Below are positions 35,264 to 44,617 of a stretch of DNA of 64,000 bases, piece after piece. Both the position numbers and the translations under genes were made by a program. How positions within the stretch are numbered: position 1 is the first letter of the stretch; every line of letters starts with the position of its first letter. Origin of the DNA: Thermoplasmatota archaeon (GTDB lineage: Archaea; Thermoplasmatota; Thermoplasmata; UBA10834); contig JBFMHR010000003.1 in assembly GCA_040751795.1 (NCBI GenBank), positions 32,001 to 96,000 of the forward strand, read 5' to 3'. Below the pieces are notes generated by a model. That model ran no database searches. It was not told the origin of the DNA and worked only from the letters and a program-made list of their open reading frames with translations.

Positions 35264-36330
35264 CCATGGCCTCCGACGCGGAGAAGGTCCTGACGGACCT
35301 GGTGCTGATGAGGTCCCAGGAGACCGACCCTATGGGGCCCATCGCAGACTACGTGGCCAGGCGCATGAAGGCCCTCGGGATGGACGTGAGGAGGCACGGC
35401 TCCGCCGAGAAGCCCTCGCTCGTGGGCGAGCGGGGGAAGGGCGGCGTGGTCCTGTCGGGCCACCTCGACACCGTGCCCATAGGCACCGGCTGGACCAGGG
35501 GGCAGGGCGAGGTCGTGGACGGCGCCATGTACGGCCGCGGCACCAACGACATGAAGGGCGGGTGCGCGGCGATGCTGCTGGCGGCCGAGGAGCTCGTGGC
35601 CGCCGATGTGCCTTTCGCGCTCTGCTTCACCACCGACGAGGAGACGTCCATGGACGGGGCGGCCGCCGCGGCGAAGGACCCCGCGCTCGGCGCGGCCCCG
35701 GCGGTGGTCGTTACCGAGGCCACGGAGTTCGACATCGTCGTCAGGGAGAAGGGGCTGGTGCAGTTCTCCATCACCACCAGGGGGAGGCCGGCCCACGCCA
35801 GCATGCCCCACCTGGGCGAGAACGCCATCGCAGGGATGGTGTCGGTGCTCCACAGGCTGGAGGACGTCTACAGGCCCCCCAAGGACCCGCTGGAGCAGAT
35901 GACCCTGTGCGTCGACACGATCAGGGGCGGGACCGCGATGAACGTCATACCCGACGAGTGCGTCGCCGAGGTCGACGTCAGGTACCCGCCGCACATGAGC
36001 ACCCAGGCGGTCCTGGACCTGGTCAGGAGGAAGGTCGGGGACGCCAGGTTCGAGGTCAAGGTCCTGCACGAGCTGGACCCCGTGGAGACGGAGGCGGACA
36101 GCGGGGCCGTCAGGACCATGAGGGACGTCGTAGGCCCGGGGGCGAAGGTCCTCTCGGTGCCCTACGCGACTGAGATGGTCATGTTCAAGGCCGCCAACAA
36201 GAGGCTCATGGTCTGCGGGCCCGGTGAGTCGGCCGGGTGCCACATCCCGGACGAGAAGATACGCGTCGCGGACGTGGCCAGGGCGGCGGAGATCTACACA
36301 GAGTACTGCTCCCGCATGGCCGGCGGCTAG
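35260..36330 (+). CDS. M20 family metallohydrolase (ArgE/DapE-like)
   Basis: GHLDTVP, GRGTNDMKGG, DEE, GRPAHAS, CHIPDE. Confidence 0.92.
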   Translation: MTMASDAEKVLTDLVLMRSQETDPMGPIADYVARRMKALGMDVRRHGSAEKPSLVGERGKGGVVLSGHLDTVPIGTGWTRGQGEVVDGAMYGRGTNDMKGGCAAMLLAAEELVAADVPFALCFTTDEETSMDGAAAAAKDPALGAAPAVVVTEATEFDIVVREKGLVQFSITTRGRPAHASMPHLGENAIAGMVSVLHRLEDVYRPPKDPLEQMTLCVDTIRGGTAMNVIPDECVAEVDVRYPPHMSTQAVLDLVRRKVGDARFEVKVLHELDPVETEADSGAVRTMRDVVGPGAKVLSVPYATEMVMFKAANKRLMVCGPGESAGCHIPDEKIRVADVARAAEIYTEYCSRMAGG

Positions 36331-37616
36331 GGGAAGACCCTGCTGACCGTGCGCGGGTAGGGGATCGCGTCCCTGATGTGGTCCATCCTGCAGACCCACG
36401 TCAGGAACCTCTCGACGCCCAGGCCGAAGCCGGAGTGCGGGACGGAGCCGTACCTCCTCAGGTCGAGGTACCACGAGTACCTGTCCAGGCTCTCGCCCTT
36501 CTCCCTGATGCGCTCCATCAGGAGGGCGTTGTCCGTCTCCCTCTCGCTGCCGCCGATGATCTCGCCGAAGCCCTCCGGCGCCAGGAGGTCCGTGTTCTTG
36601 TAGGTCCTGGGGTCGTCCGGGTTCTCCTTCATGTAGAACGGCTTCAGCTCCTTCGGGTAGTTCATGACGAACATGGGGGTGCCGCTGTCCTTGGTCAGCT
36701 CGCGCTCCTCGACCGCCCCGAAGTCGGAGCCCCATTCCACGTCCAGGCCCTTCGCCTGGAGCCGCTCTATGGCCTCGCCGTACGGGAGCCTGTCGAACGG
36801 CGGCGCGACCCGCAGGAGGTCCGCGGGGTCCCGCTTGAACAGGCCGAGCTCGGCGCTGCAGTCCTTGGCGGCCCTGTGCAGCATCGCCGTCACGAGCTCC
36901 TCCTGGACCTTCATGTTCTCCGCGTTGTCGACCCAGGCTGCCTCCATCTCGAGGTGCCAGAACTCGGCGAGGTGCCTGGGGGTCCTGGACTTCTCCGCCC
37001 TGAACGACGGCGTGAGCGAGTAGACCTTCTCGCAGGAGTAGATGAGCGACTCGAGGTAGAACTGGGCGCTCTGCGACAGGTACGCTATCCTGTCGAAGTA
37101 CTTGATCTGGAAGAGCTGCGTGCTGTCCTCCGCGGCGACGCCTGTTATGATGGGAGGGTTGACCTCGACGTAGCCGTTCTCGTGGAACCAGTCCCTCGCG
37201 CCCATGAGGAGGGAGTCCTTGATCCGCATCGCGGCCGTCTGCTCCCTGGAGCGTATCCAGAGGTGGCGCAGGTCGAGGAGCAGCTCGGTGCTCTGGTACT
37301 CCGTGATGGGGAACGGCTCCGCCGGGCCCACGAGGGTGAACCTGGAGGCCCGCACCTCGAACCCGCCGGGGGCGCGCTTGTCCTCCGCCATGGTCCCCTC
37401 TATGATGGCCGATGATTCGATGCCCGCGTTGGTGGCCGCCGCGAAGTCCGGCTCCGGCACTGTGCCCTTCTTGACGGTGACCTGGACTATGCCAGAGGAG
37501 TCCCTGAGCACGGCGAACACGATCCCCCCGCTGCTCCGGGTCCGGTAGATCCAGCCCCTCACCTGCACGGCCTTCCCGACCATGTCCTCGGCGAGGACGT
37601 CCCTTATCGCGACCAT
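36327..37616 (-). CDS. asnS: Asparagine--tRNA ligase
   Basis: OB-fold GWIYRTR, RHLWIRS, YLSQSAQFYLE, FRAEKSRT.RHLAEFWHLE, GGSERE, PHSGFGLGVER. Confidence 0.95.
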   Translation of the reverse strand: MVAIRDVLAEDMVGKAVQVRGWIYRTRSSGGIVFAVLRDSSGIVQVTVKKGTVPEPDFAAATNAGIESSAIIEGTMAEDKRAPGGFEVRASRFTLVGPAEPFPITEYQSTELLLDLRHLWIRSREQTAAMRIKDSLLMGARDWFHENGYVEVNPPIITGVAAEDSTQLFQIKYFDRIAYLSQSAQFYLESLIYSCEKVYSLTPSFRAEKSRTPRHLAEFWHLEMEAAWVDNAENMKVQEELVTAMLHRAAKDCSAELGLFKRDPADLLRVAPPFDRLPYGEAIERLQAKGLDVEWGSDFGAVEERELTKDSGTPMFVMNYPKELKPFYMKENPDDPRTYKNTDLLAPEGFGEIIGGSERETDNALLMERIREKGESLDRYSWYLDLRRYGSVPHSGFGLGVERFLTWVCRMDHIRDAIPYPRTVSRVFP

Positions 37617-37682
37617 CCAGATGCTGAAGCCCCAATCCGAATATAAGCCCTTCGGACGCCGGCGCAACGGAGATATCGCGGC

Positions 37683-38174
37683 TTGGCGGTACCGCTGACC
37701 GTGAAGGTCAGGGAGGCGGCCCCCGAGGACCTGGGGGGCCTGATGCGCCTCGAGGAGGAGTGCTTCGGGGTCGAGAAGTTCTCGGAGGCCACCCTCATGG
37801 CGTTCCTCGTGAGGGAGGACGCCTTCGCCCTCGTGGCCGAGGAGGAGGGCGTCGTGGGCGCCGCCCTCTGCCTCTGCTCGAGGGGCAGGGCCGAGGGGAG
37901 GATAGCCTCGATAGCCGTCCTGGGGCGGGAGAGGAGGCGGGGGGTCGGGTCGCTGCTCCTCCGGGAGACGGAGGCGCGGCTCGAGGCGATGGGGGCCAGG
38001 ACCTTCGGGCTCGAGGTCGACGTCGAGAACGGGCCCGCGATAGCCCTCTACACGAAGCACGGCTACACGCTCAGGGCGATCGTGAGGGATTACTACGGCG
38101 CGGGCAGGCACGCGTACGTGATGGAGAAGTCCCTGAGCCCCCAGGGGTCGAGGGTCAGCGTCAGGCCTTCCTGA
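37683..38174 (+). CDS. RimI-like GNAT N-acetyltransferase
   Basis: SIAV..RRRGVG..L acetyl-CoA loop, LEV..N.PAIALY..GY, YY..GRHA.VM. Confidence 0.88.
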   Translation: MAVPLTVKVREAAPEDLGGLMRLEEECFGVEKFSEATLMAFLVREDAFALVAEEEGVVGAALCLCSRGRAEGRIASIAVLGRERRRGVGSLLLRETEARLEAMGARTFGLEVDVENGPAIALYTKHGYTLRAIVRDYYGAGRHAYVMEKSLSPQGSRVSVRPS

Positions 38175-41100
38175 CGACCAGCTCGAGCGGCATCCTGTCG
38201 ACAGTCCACTTGACGGCGCCCTCCGCTGGCTCCGACCGCGTGAGCGCGCGCGCGTGCGTCTCGTGGCGTATATGCTCCATGTGGGACGAGATGGCCGCCT
38301 CGATGTCCGGGTGGGCGCTGTACTCCACGACCACCTCGTCCTCGAACTCCAGGCCCTGCTCCTTCCTCATGTGCTGCACCCGCCTGATGACCTCCCTCGA
38401 GAGACCCTCCAGCCTCAGCCTCCGGTCCACCGCGAGGGACATGTAGGCGTGGATGTCGCCGGCGCTGGCGTGGGCGTACCCGCCCTTCTGCCTCTCCGAC
38501 ACCAGGACGTCCTCCTCGGTGAGGTCGAAGCCGCCGAGCCGGACCTTGCCCGATGCGCGCAGGTGCCTGACCAGCTCGCTCCCGTCCACCTGGTCCAGGA
38601 GCCTGGAGACCTCCGAGGCGGACTCCTTGAACTTGGGCCCGAGGGTCCTGAGGTTCGGGGACACGGCGAACTCCACCATGCCCTCCCTCGACTCGACGCA
38701 CTCGACCCGCTTGACGTTCAGCTCCTCCGCGATCATCCTCTCGTACCTGCGCAGGACCCATGCGACGTCCCTGCTGGAGGCTATCACCGCGTGGTCCAGG
38801 GGCTGCCTCAGCTTCACGTTCGCACCCTGCCTGGCGGTCCTCCCGGCCTCCACCGCCTGCCTCACGGCCGCCATCTGCGACTCGAGGGGTGGGACCACCA
38901 TCGAGGCGTCCGCCCTCGGGAAGTCCTCGAGGTGGACGCACCCCTTCGGCCCCTTCAGGCACCTGTACAGCCAGTCCGAGAAGAACGGCGCCGCCGGCGC
39001 CATGATGAGGGAGAGGGATGCGAGGCACTCGTGGAGCGTCGCGTGCGCGGAGAACCTGTCCTCGGGGTCGTTCTCCATCCAGAACCGCCTCCTCGACCTG
39101 CGGACGTACCAGCCGCTCAGGTCGTCGACGAACAGAGTGGTCGCGCGGACCGCCGACTGCACGTCCATCGCGTCGAACGCCGCCCTCACGTCCCCTATGG
39201 TCGAGTTGAGCCTGGACAGGATCCACCTGTCGAGGTCGTGGGTCCGGTCCTTCGCCCCCTGGCCCGTGTACCCGTAGGCGTTGGCGTTGGACGAGTAGAA
39301 CGCGTAGAGGTTCAGGACGGTCGTGAGCGTGCCCACCATCGTCTTCCTCACGTCCTCCATCGAGAACCTGACGGGGCTGGACACCGTCGAGCCGAGGAGG
39401 TACAGCCTGGCCGCGTCTGCGCCCACGGAGCCGAACACCTCGGCCGGGGACGCCGCGCCGGCGGCGCCCGCCCCCATCGCCCTGCCCTTCTCGTCGAGCA
39501 GGCGCTCCAGCACCAGCACCGACCGGAAGGCGGGCGCGTCGAAGAGCAGCGTGCCCACGACGTGCTGCGTGTAGAACCAGCCCCTGGTCTGGTCCGACGA
39601 CTCGGTGATGAAGTCGACCGACCTGTGCGTCTCGAACTCGGCGATGTTCTCGAACGGGTAGTGGTACTGGGCGAACGGGGCGCAGCCGGAGTCGTACCAG
39701 CAGTCGAGCACGTCCTGCTCCCTGGCCATCCCCGCGCCGCACTCAGGGCAGCGGAGGCGGACCGAGTCCACGGACGGCCTGTGGAGGTCCAGGGGCTCGG
39801 GGAGCGGCGCCTCCGAGAGACGGGCCAGCTCCTCCACGCTCCCGACGCAGACCTCGTGGCCGGACGGGCACCTCCAGACCGGCAGCGGGGTCCCCCAGTA
39901 CCTGCTCCTGCTGACCACCCAGTCCTTCGCGTCCTCGAGGAACGTGCCGAACCTGCCCCCGCCGTAGTCGGTCGGCACCCAGCTGATCTCGGAGTTGAGC
40001 TCGGCCATCCGCTCCTTCGCGCCCGAGGCGCGCACGGACCAGACGTCCCTGGGCTTGTACATGAGAGGGCTGCGGCACCTCCAGCAGAACGGGCTGGAGC
40101 GCCTGGTCAGGCCCCACTTGAAGAGGAGGCCCTTCGCCTCGAGCATGCGCACGACCTCCGGGGAGGCGTCGCCCACGCTCCTGCCTGCGAGGTCCGGGAC
40201 CTCTGCGGTGAACCTGCCCGAATCGTCGACGGGGTCGAACGGGGCGACGCCCTCATCCTCCCCGATCTGGCGGTCGACTGAGGCGTATGGGGGCGACACG
40301 TGCATGACGCCCGTCCCCTCCGCCTTGGTGACCTCGTGCGAGCCCACGACCCTGTGGCCCCTGCCCCCGAAGTCACAGTACGCGAAGGGAGGCTCGTAGG
40401 CCATGCCGACCAGCTCGGAGCCGGCCATCGTCCTGACCGGCCGGGCCTCCGGGCCCAGCATGTGGGCCTTGTCCTCCGCGACGATGGCGCGCTCGCCGGC
40501 CACCTCGTACACGCCGTAGGCCTTCGATGCGTCGACCGCGAGGAGCGCGTTCGCGACCAGCGTCCAAGGCGTCTCGGTGTAGACCAGGGCCGACGCGCCG
40601 AGCGACGGGACCCTGAACCTCACCACGGCCCACCTGACCTCCGCCTCCTCGAAGCCGAGGGCGACCTCGTGCGTGCTGAGGGGCGTGCCGCACCTGGGGC
40701 AGTACGGCGCGACCTGGAGCGACTTCGACACCAGGCCTCTGGAGTGTAGCTGCTTGAAGGACCACCAGACGCTCTCGATGTACTCGTTGGACATCGTGAG
40801 GTAGGCATGCTCGTAGTCGATCCCGTATCCGAGCCTGCGGCTCATGTCCTCCCAGTCGGCCTTGTACCTCACGACGCTCTCGCGGCAGGCGTCGTTGAAC
40901 CCCCCGACCCCGAAGGCCTCGACCGCGCCCTTGCCGTCGATGCCGAGGGCGCGCTCGACCTCGATCTCGACCGGGAGGCCGTGGCAGTCCCACCCCGCGA
41001 TGAAGGGGAGGACATCGCGGCCGTTCATGATGTGGTACCTGAGGAAGGAGTCCTTCACGGCGCGCGTGAGCGCGTCGGACATGTCGGGGGGCCTGTTGGC

Positions 41101-41253
41101 CGTCGGGGGGCCCTCGCAGAACACCAGAGGCGCCCCGCCCCGCATCCGCTCCTTCACCCGGGAGAGGGTCCCCTCCTCTCGCCAGAGCGCGAGGACCTCC
41201 TCCTCGAGCTGGGGGAAGGTCTCCCCCGCGGGTTCCCGGTAGTACCTCTTCAT
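38161..41253 (-). CDS. Isoleucyl-tRNA synthetase (IleRS2)-like protein with degenerate HIGH and KMSKS motifs
   Basis: 1030 aa intact ORF: GPPTAN, GWDCHGLPVE, DWVVSRSRYWGTPLP, DCWYDSG, DQTRGWF, WYVRRSRRRFW. HIGH position reads DMSD and KMSKS position reads AMGAG. Confidence 0.92.
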   Translation of the reverse strand: MKRYYREPAGETFPQLEEEVLALWREEGTLSRVKERMRGGAPLVFCEGPPTANRPPDMSDALTRAVKDSFLRYHIMNGRDVLPFIAGWDCHGLPVEIEVERALGIDGKGAVEAFGVGGFNDACRESVVRYKADWEDMSRRLGYGIDYEHAYLTMSNEYIESVWWSFKQLHSRGLVSKSLQVAPYCPRCGTPLSTHEVALGFEEAEVRWAVVRFRVPSLGASALVYTETPWTLVANALLAVDASKAYGVYEVAGERAIVAEDKAHMLGPEARPVRTMAGSELVGMAYEPPFAYCDFGGRGHRVVGSHEVTKAEGTGVMHVSPPYASVDRQIGEDEGVAPFDPVDDSGRFTAEVPDLAGRSVGDASPEVVRMLEAKGLLFKWGLTRRSSPFCWRCRSPLMYKPRDVWSVRASGAKERMAELNSEISWVPTDYGGGRFGTFLEDAKDWVVSRSRYWGTPLPVWRCPSGHEVCVGSVEELARLSEAPLPEPLDLHRPSVDSVRLRCPECGAGMAREQDVLDCWYDSGCAPFAQYHYPFENIAEFETHRSVDFITESSDQTRGWFYTQHVVGTLLFDAPAFRSVLVLERLLDEKGRAMGAGAAGAASPAEVFGSVGADAARLYLLGSTVSSPVRFSMEDVRKTMVGTLTTVLNLYAFYSSNANAYGYTGQGAKDRTHDLDRWILSRLNSTIGDVRAAFDAMDVQSAVRATTLFVDDLSGWYVRRSRRRFWMENDPEDRFSAHATLHECLASLSLIMAPAAPFFSDWLYRCLKGPKGCVHLEDFPRADASMVVPPLESQMAAVRQAVEAGRTARQGANVKLRQPLDHAVIASSRDVAWVLRRYERMIAEELNVKRVECVESREGMVEFAVSPNLRTLGPKFKESASEVSRLLDQVDGSELVRHLRASGKVRLGGFDLTEEDVLVSERQKGGYAHASAGDIHAYMSLAVDRRLRLEGLSREVIRRVQHMRKEQGLEFEDEVVVEYSAHPDIEAAISSHMEHIRHETHARALTRSEPAEGAVKWTVDRMPLELVVRKA

Positions 41254-41598
41254 GGCAACAGACTCCTCCAAAAGGGGCTCTATCACATACTCGGCAATGG
41301 TGGCATGAATCAGCCAATAGCTATAATCAGGGACTGGCCAGCCGAGTACATCGGAGGGTTTGGAACGACGGTCACGATATATAATACCTAGTCGCGGGCG
41401 ATGGACGCTATTGGTCATCGGCGCTGCGGGCGCGCCCGGGCCCGTGACTAGGCGTGTCATGGCACGGCCCGCGCATGCTGGCCTGTTGCCAGGGCCGCAG
41501 GGCCTCTAAGAAAGTAATATATAACAGAGGACATATAGCGCGCCAGCGTGCAATCCATGGCCCGGGGTGGTGCCCAGGGCCAGATGGGGTGAACACGG

Positions 41599-41769
41599 AT
41601 GGAAGAGCCCTTGTGCAACGTGGAGTTTCTGAAGAGCAACGCCTCGTACGTGGCCAGAGTACAGAGCGACCTGGGCGGAGTGAGGGAGTACAGGAGCGCC
41701 TCGTTGGAGGAGATACTTGAGCAGGTGATCATAGACCTCCAAGAGGAGTTCGAGGGCGCGCGCCTTTAA
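41599..41769 (+). CDS. Small acidic hypothetical protein, 56 aa; not in ORF track
   Basis: GGGGTGA SD, MEEPLCNVEFLKSNASYVARVQSDLGGVREYRSASLEEILEQVIIDLQEEFEGARL*; TATA-like TAATATATAA near 41515. Confidence 0.75.
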   Translation: MEEPLCNVEFLKSNASYVARVQSDLGGVREYRSASLEEILEQVIIDLQEEFEGARL

Positions 41770-41892
41770 GGCCGCGCACGGGCATTGGAACGGCAGCGGG
41801 TCGACGGAAAGGGTTCGTCGGAGCCGAGTTCATCCCCGAGGGCGTCGGGAGCGGGCACCACAGGCCGAGGCGGACCCAAAGGGGGCGACTGA

Positions 41893-42234
41893 ATGGAAGA
41901 GAAGGACAAGAAGGAGTACGAGGAGATCATCTCGTCCTACTACGGCGAGGACCAGGTCGCCGCGCTCGTGAGCTTCAAGATAGACACCAAGGGCTCCGAC
42001 ACGGTGGCGCAGAAGATCGCGGGGTTCGACCACGTCGAGGACGTGTTCCTGGTGACGGGCGACACCGACATCATCGCCAAGGCCAGGTTCCCCAACTACG
42101 CGTCCCTGAAGAAGTTCATAGTCGACGACGTCGCGGGCATAGAGGGCGTGAAGGAGACCAAGACATTCATGGTCGTCACGACGTTCAAGGAGAGGGGCAA
42201 GGTCAGGGAGCCCGAAGAGGAGCAGAAGGAATAG
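41893..42234 (+). CDS. Lrp/AsnC ligand-binding (RAM) domain protein, no HTH
   Basis: VEDVFLVTGDTDIIAK, IEGVKETKT. Confidence 0.88.
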   Translation: MEEKDKKEYEEIISSYYGEDQVAALVSFKIDTKGSDTVAQKIAGFDHVEDVFLVTGDTDIIAKARFPNYASLKKFIVDDVAGIEGVKETKTFMVVTTFKERGKVREPEEEQKE

Positions 42235-42278
42235 GCGCCCCCTGCTCACCGCGCAGCCATTCACAGAGGTGGTCGTTC

Positions 42279-42533
42279 ATGGATATGGAGACGAGGCTCA
42301 GGCAGATAATGGAGGTGTTGGACCAGCTTGCGGACGACAACTCCGTACCGAGGAACATAAGGCGCGGGGCGACCCAGGCCAAGGAGCGGCTCTCGCAGAG
42401 GAGCGAGGCGCTCGACATCAGGAGCGCCAGCGCGATCATGATACTCGACGAGCTGGCGAACGACCCGAACATACCGCTGCACGGGCGCACGCTGATCTGG
42501 AACATCATCAGCCAGCTCGAGACGGTCAAGTGA
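42279..42533 (+). CDS. UPF0147 family protein
   Basis: D.SVPRNIRR.A, ILDELANDPNIPLHGRTLIWNIISQLE. Confidence 0.93.
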   Translation: MDMETRLRQIMEVLDQLADDNSVPRNIRRGATQAKERLSQRSEALDIRSASAIMILDELANDPNIPLHGRTLIWNIISQLETVK

Positions 42534-42538
42534 AACCT

Positions 42539-42610
42539 GCGGCTGTAGTCTAGTGGTTAGGACTGAAGCTTCCCAAGCTTTAAGCCCGGGTTCGAATCCC
42601 GGCAGCCGCA
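42539..42610 (+). tRNA. tRNA-Gly(CCC), intronless
   Basis: Acceptor stem GCGGCTG/CAGCCGC, anticodon arm GAAGC TT CCC AA GCTTT, T arm CCGGG TTCGAAT CCCGG, discriminator A. Confidence 0.96.
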
Positions 42611-42629
42611 CTCATACCCCGCGGCCGGC

Positions 42630-43046
42630 TCATTGCAGGTTCAGCACCGCGACCTTCTTCTCCTGGTTCATCTCGCGGGTCGACCTGACGCCGTCCAGCC
42701 TCAGCACCCCTATCTCGTTGGACACCCAGGCCTTCCCCCTCAGGAGGTGGCCGCCGAATGCCCTGTGCTCCCTGTCCGCGACCGAAACGTGGATGTGCAC
42801 CCTGTGTTCGCCATACCCCGAGATCACGCCCTGTATCGACAGGAGCTCATGCGGCTCTGGAAATGCACGGCTGACGTACTCCCCCTTGTCGAAGTACCCG
42901 AGCTCGAAGTCGCTTATCATCCCCACGCCCGTGCATATGAGCATCGTCGACCGCGAGTCCCTGACCGACTTGAGTATCGACTCGATTATGTCCTCGCCGT
43001 CGTCGAGGCGGAGGATGTGCATCTGGCCGCTTCTGGACTGCTGCAT
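42630..43046 (-). CDS. PPC/DUF296 domain protein
   Basis: LRLDDGED, ELLSIQG, HIHVS, GGHL. Confidence 0.9.
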   Translation of the reverse strand: MQQSRSGQMHILRLDDGEDIIESILKSVRDSRSTMLICTGVGMISDFELGYFDKGEYVSRAFPEPHELLSIQGVISGYGEHRVHIHVSVADREHRAFGGHLLRGKAWVSNEIGVLRLDGVRSTREMNQEKKVAVLNLQ

Positions 43047-43211
43047 CTGACCTCTCCCGTGCCTGTAGGCGCGTGCCACCCGAAGTACCTACGCAATGCG
43101 GGCGCGAGGGAACAGGCCCCGGTGCGCATCGGCCCGGTTCGTTGACCGGCGCGTCAACCGCGAAACCAGGTTCATATAGCGCCCTCCGGCTACGAAGATG
43201 CCGGTGAGGAA

Positions 43212-44603
43212 GTGGTGGCTCGGAAGCTGGTCATAGCGACGGTGGCATTCGCCATGCTCGCCTTCCCGATGACGACGCCCTTGGCCTCGGCCGACGGTAT
43301 GACGCACGTGTACGACGATGTCTACGATGACTGGAGCCTCTCGGCCGAAGAGACCCAGTACGGGATGATCAACCTGGTCGGAGGGTCGGAGAGGCTCCTG
43401 CTCGCCATAAGGGTCGACAGCGACACCCTGGCCTCGGCGGACCAGGCGGTGTGGATATTCACCGTCCCTGGGGACCCCGACCAGATCGAGGTCGACCTCA
43501 TGCCCGCGGTAAGGGAGATATCCGGCGAGCCGTTCTCGCACACGGCCAGGAGGGAGTTCTGCGAGAACCTCGTGATGGGCTACGGCACTCAGCTGTACCC
43601 CGTGGCCGCGCTCCTCCTCACGCCATCGGTGAGCCCGAGCCTCCTCCTGGGCGATGACTCGAAGGACTACGGACCCGGGGTCGAAGTCTCCACCCACATC
43701 GAGTCGCGCGGCATGACGATGGAGGTCGTCTCCGCCCAGTACGCCGATGCGCTGGAGGCGTACCTGCTGGGCCTGGGACTGGAGCTGGACGAGGGGTCGG
43801 CGTCCCTGATCGGCGAGTATGTCGGGGACGAATACGCCTTCGTCGTCTCGTGGATCTCGGACGTCGAACAGTTCAGTCTCGACGTGCCGATGCAGTACGA
43901 CCGCTCCACGGGCGAGTTCTACTACGAGCTCGGCCTCTTCGCCGAGTTCCCGACGGACCGTGTGTTCTACCCGCTCAGGCTGACGAGTGTCTACGGCGAG
44001 AGGGTGGTGCCCATGCTGCTGCAGGTCCTCGGCTTCGTTCAGACGGACGCCGGCGCCGCCGACTACGGCCCGCTGGACATCGCCGTCGAGCACAAGGTCT
44101 CCCGCTACTACTCCATCTCCCCCGAGCTGAGCCCGTTCTTCACGGCGGACGGGAACAGCACCGTCGACGAGTACATGTTCCTTCAGAACTTCAGGTACAC
44201 GGAGGTCGTGATCAAGGCCCCCTCGGAGCTGCTGGAGGCGGACCTCTGGATGGTGCCCGCGTCGTCCACCTCCCTGGACGTGCAGCTGTGGGTGACTGAG
44301 AACGGGTTCCTCGCCTCCCTGATGGTCGTCCTGGGGCTCTCCTCGCTGGCAGGGGTCGTCTCCGGGGCGCTCGTGTTCGCACCCCACCGCCCGGTCCTCT
44401 GGAAGTTCGCTGTCCTCGGGCTTGCGAACGTCCTCACGGTCGTCGGGCTCTGGTTCGCCGCCAGGACGCTCGAGGTGGAGCGCACGATGACGAGGCCCGA
44501 GGTGCCTGTCCCGGCCAGCCCCTACAGGGCGGACTTCCTGTTCGTCTACAGCTTCGTGTTCCTGGCCTCGGTGACCATGGTCCTCATGGCGTTCTGGGCG
44601 TGA
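43212..44603 (+). CDS. Exported, membrane-anchored hypothetical protein (DUF2330-like N-region, about 3 C-terminal TM helices)
   Basis: Signal peptide ending ASADG, AVWIFTVP, FYPLRLTS, hydrophobic C-terminus. Confidence 0.7.
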   Translation: MVARKLVIATVAFAMLAFPMTTPLASADGMTHVYDDVYDDWSLSAEETQYGMINLVGGSERLLLAIRVDSDTLASADQAVWIFTVPGDPDQIEVDLMPAVREISGEPFSHTARREFCENLVMGYGTQLYPVAALLLTPSVSPSLLLGDDSKDYGPGVEVSTHIESRGMTMEVVSAQYADALEAYLLGLGLELDEGSASLIGEYVGDEYAFVVSWISDVEQFSLDVPMQYDRSTGEFYYELGLFAEFPTDRVFYPLRLTSVYGERVVPMLLQVLGFVQTDAGAADYGPLDIAVEHKVSRYYSISPELSPFFTADGNSTVDEYMFLQNFRYTEVVIKAPSELLEADLWMVPASSTSLDVQLWVTENGFLASLMVVLGLSSLAGVVSGALVFAPHRPVLWKFAVLGLANVLTVVGLWFAARTLEVERTMTRPEVPVPASPYRADFLFVYSFVFLASVTMVLMAFWA

Positions 44604-44617
44604 GGCGGTTGGCCGCC

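Noticed and set aside
38161-41253. Mupirocin-resistant IleRS2 with a swapped HIGH motif
   Set aside because: Those variants keep histidines (GxHH/ALHH type) and KMSKS; here both His residues and both Lys residues are lost.
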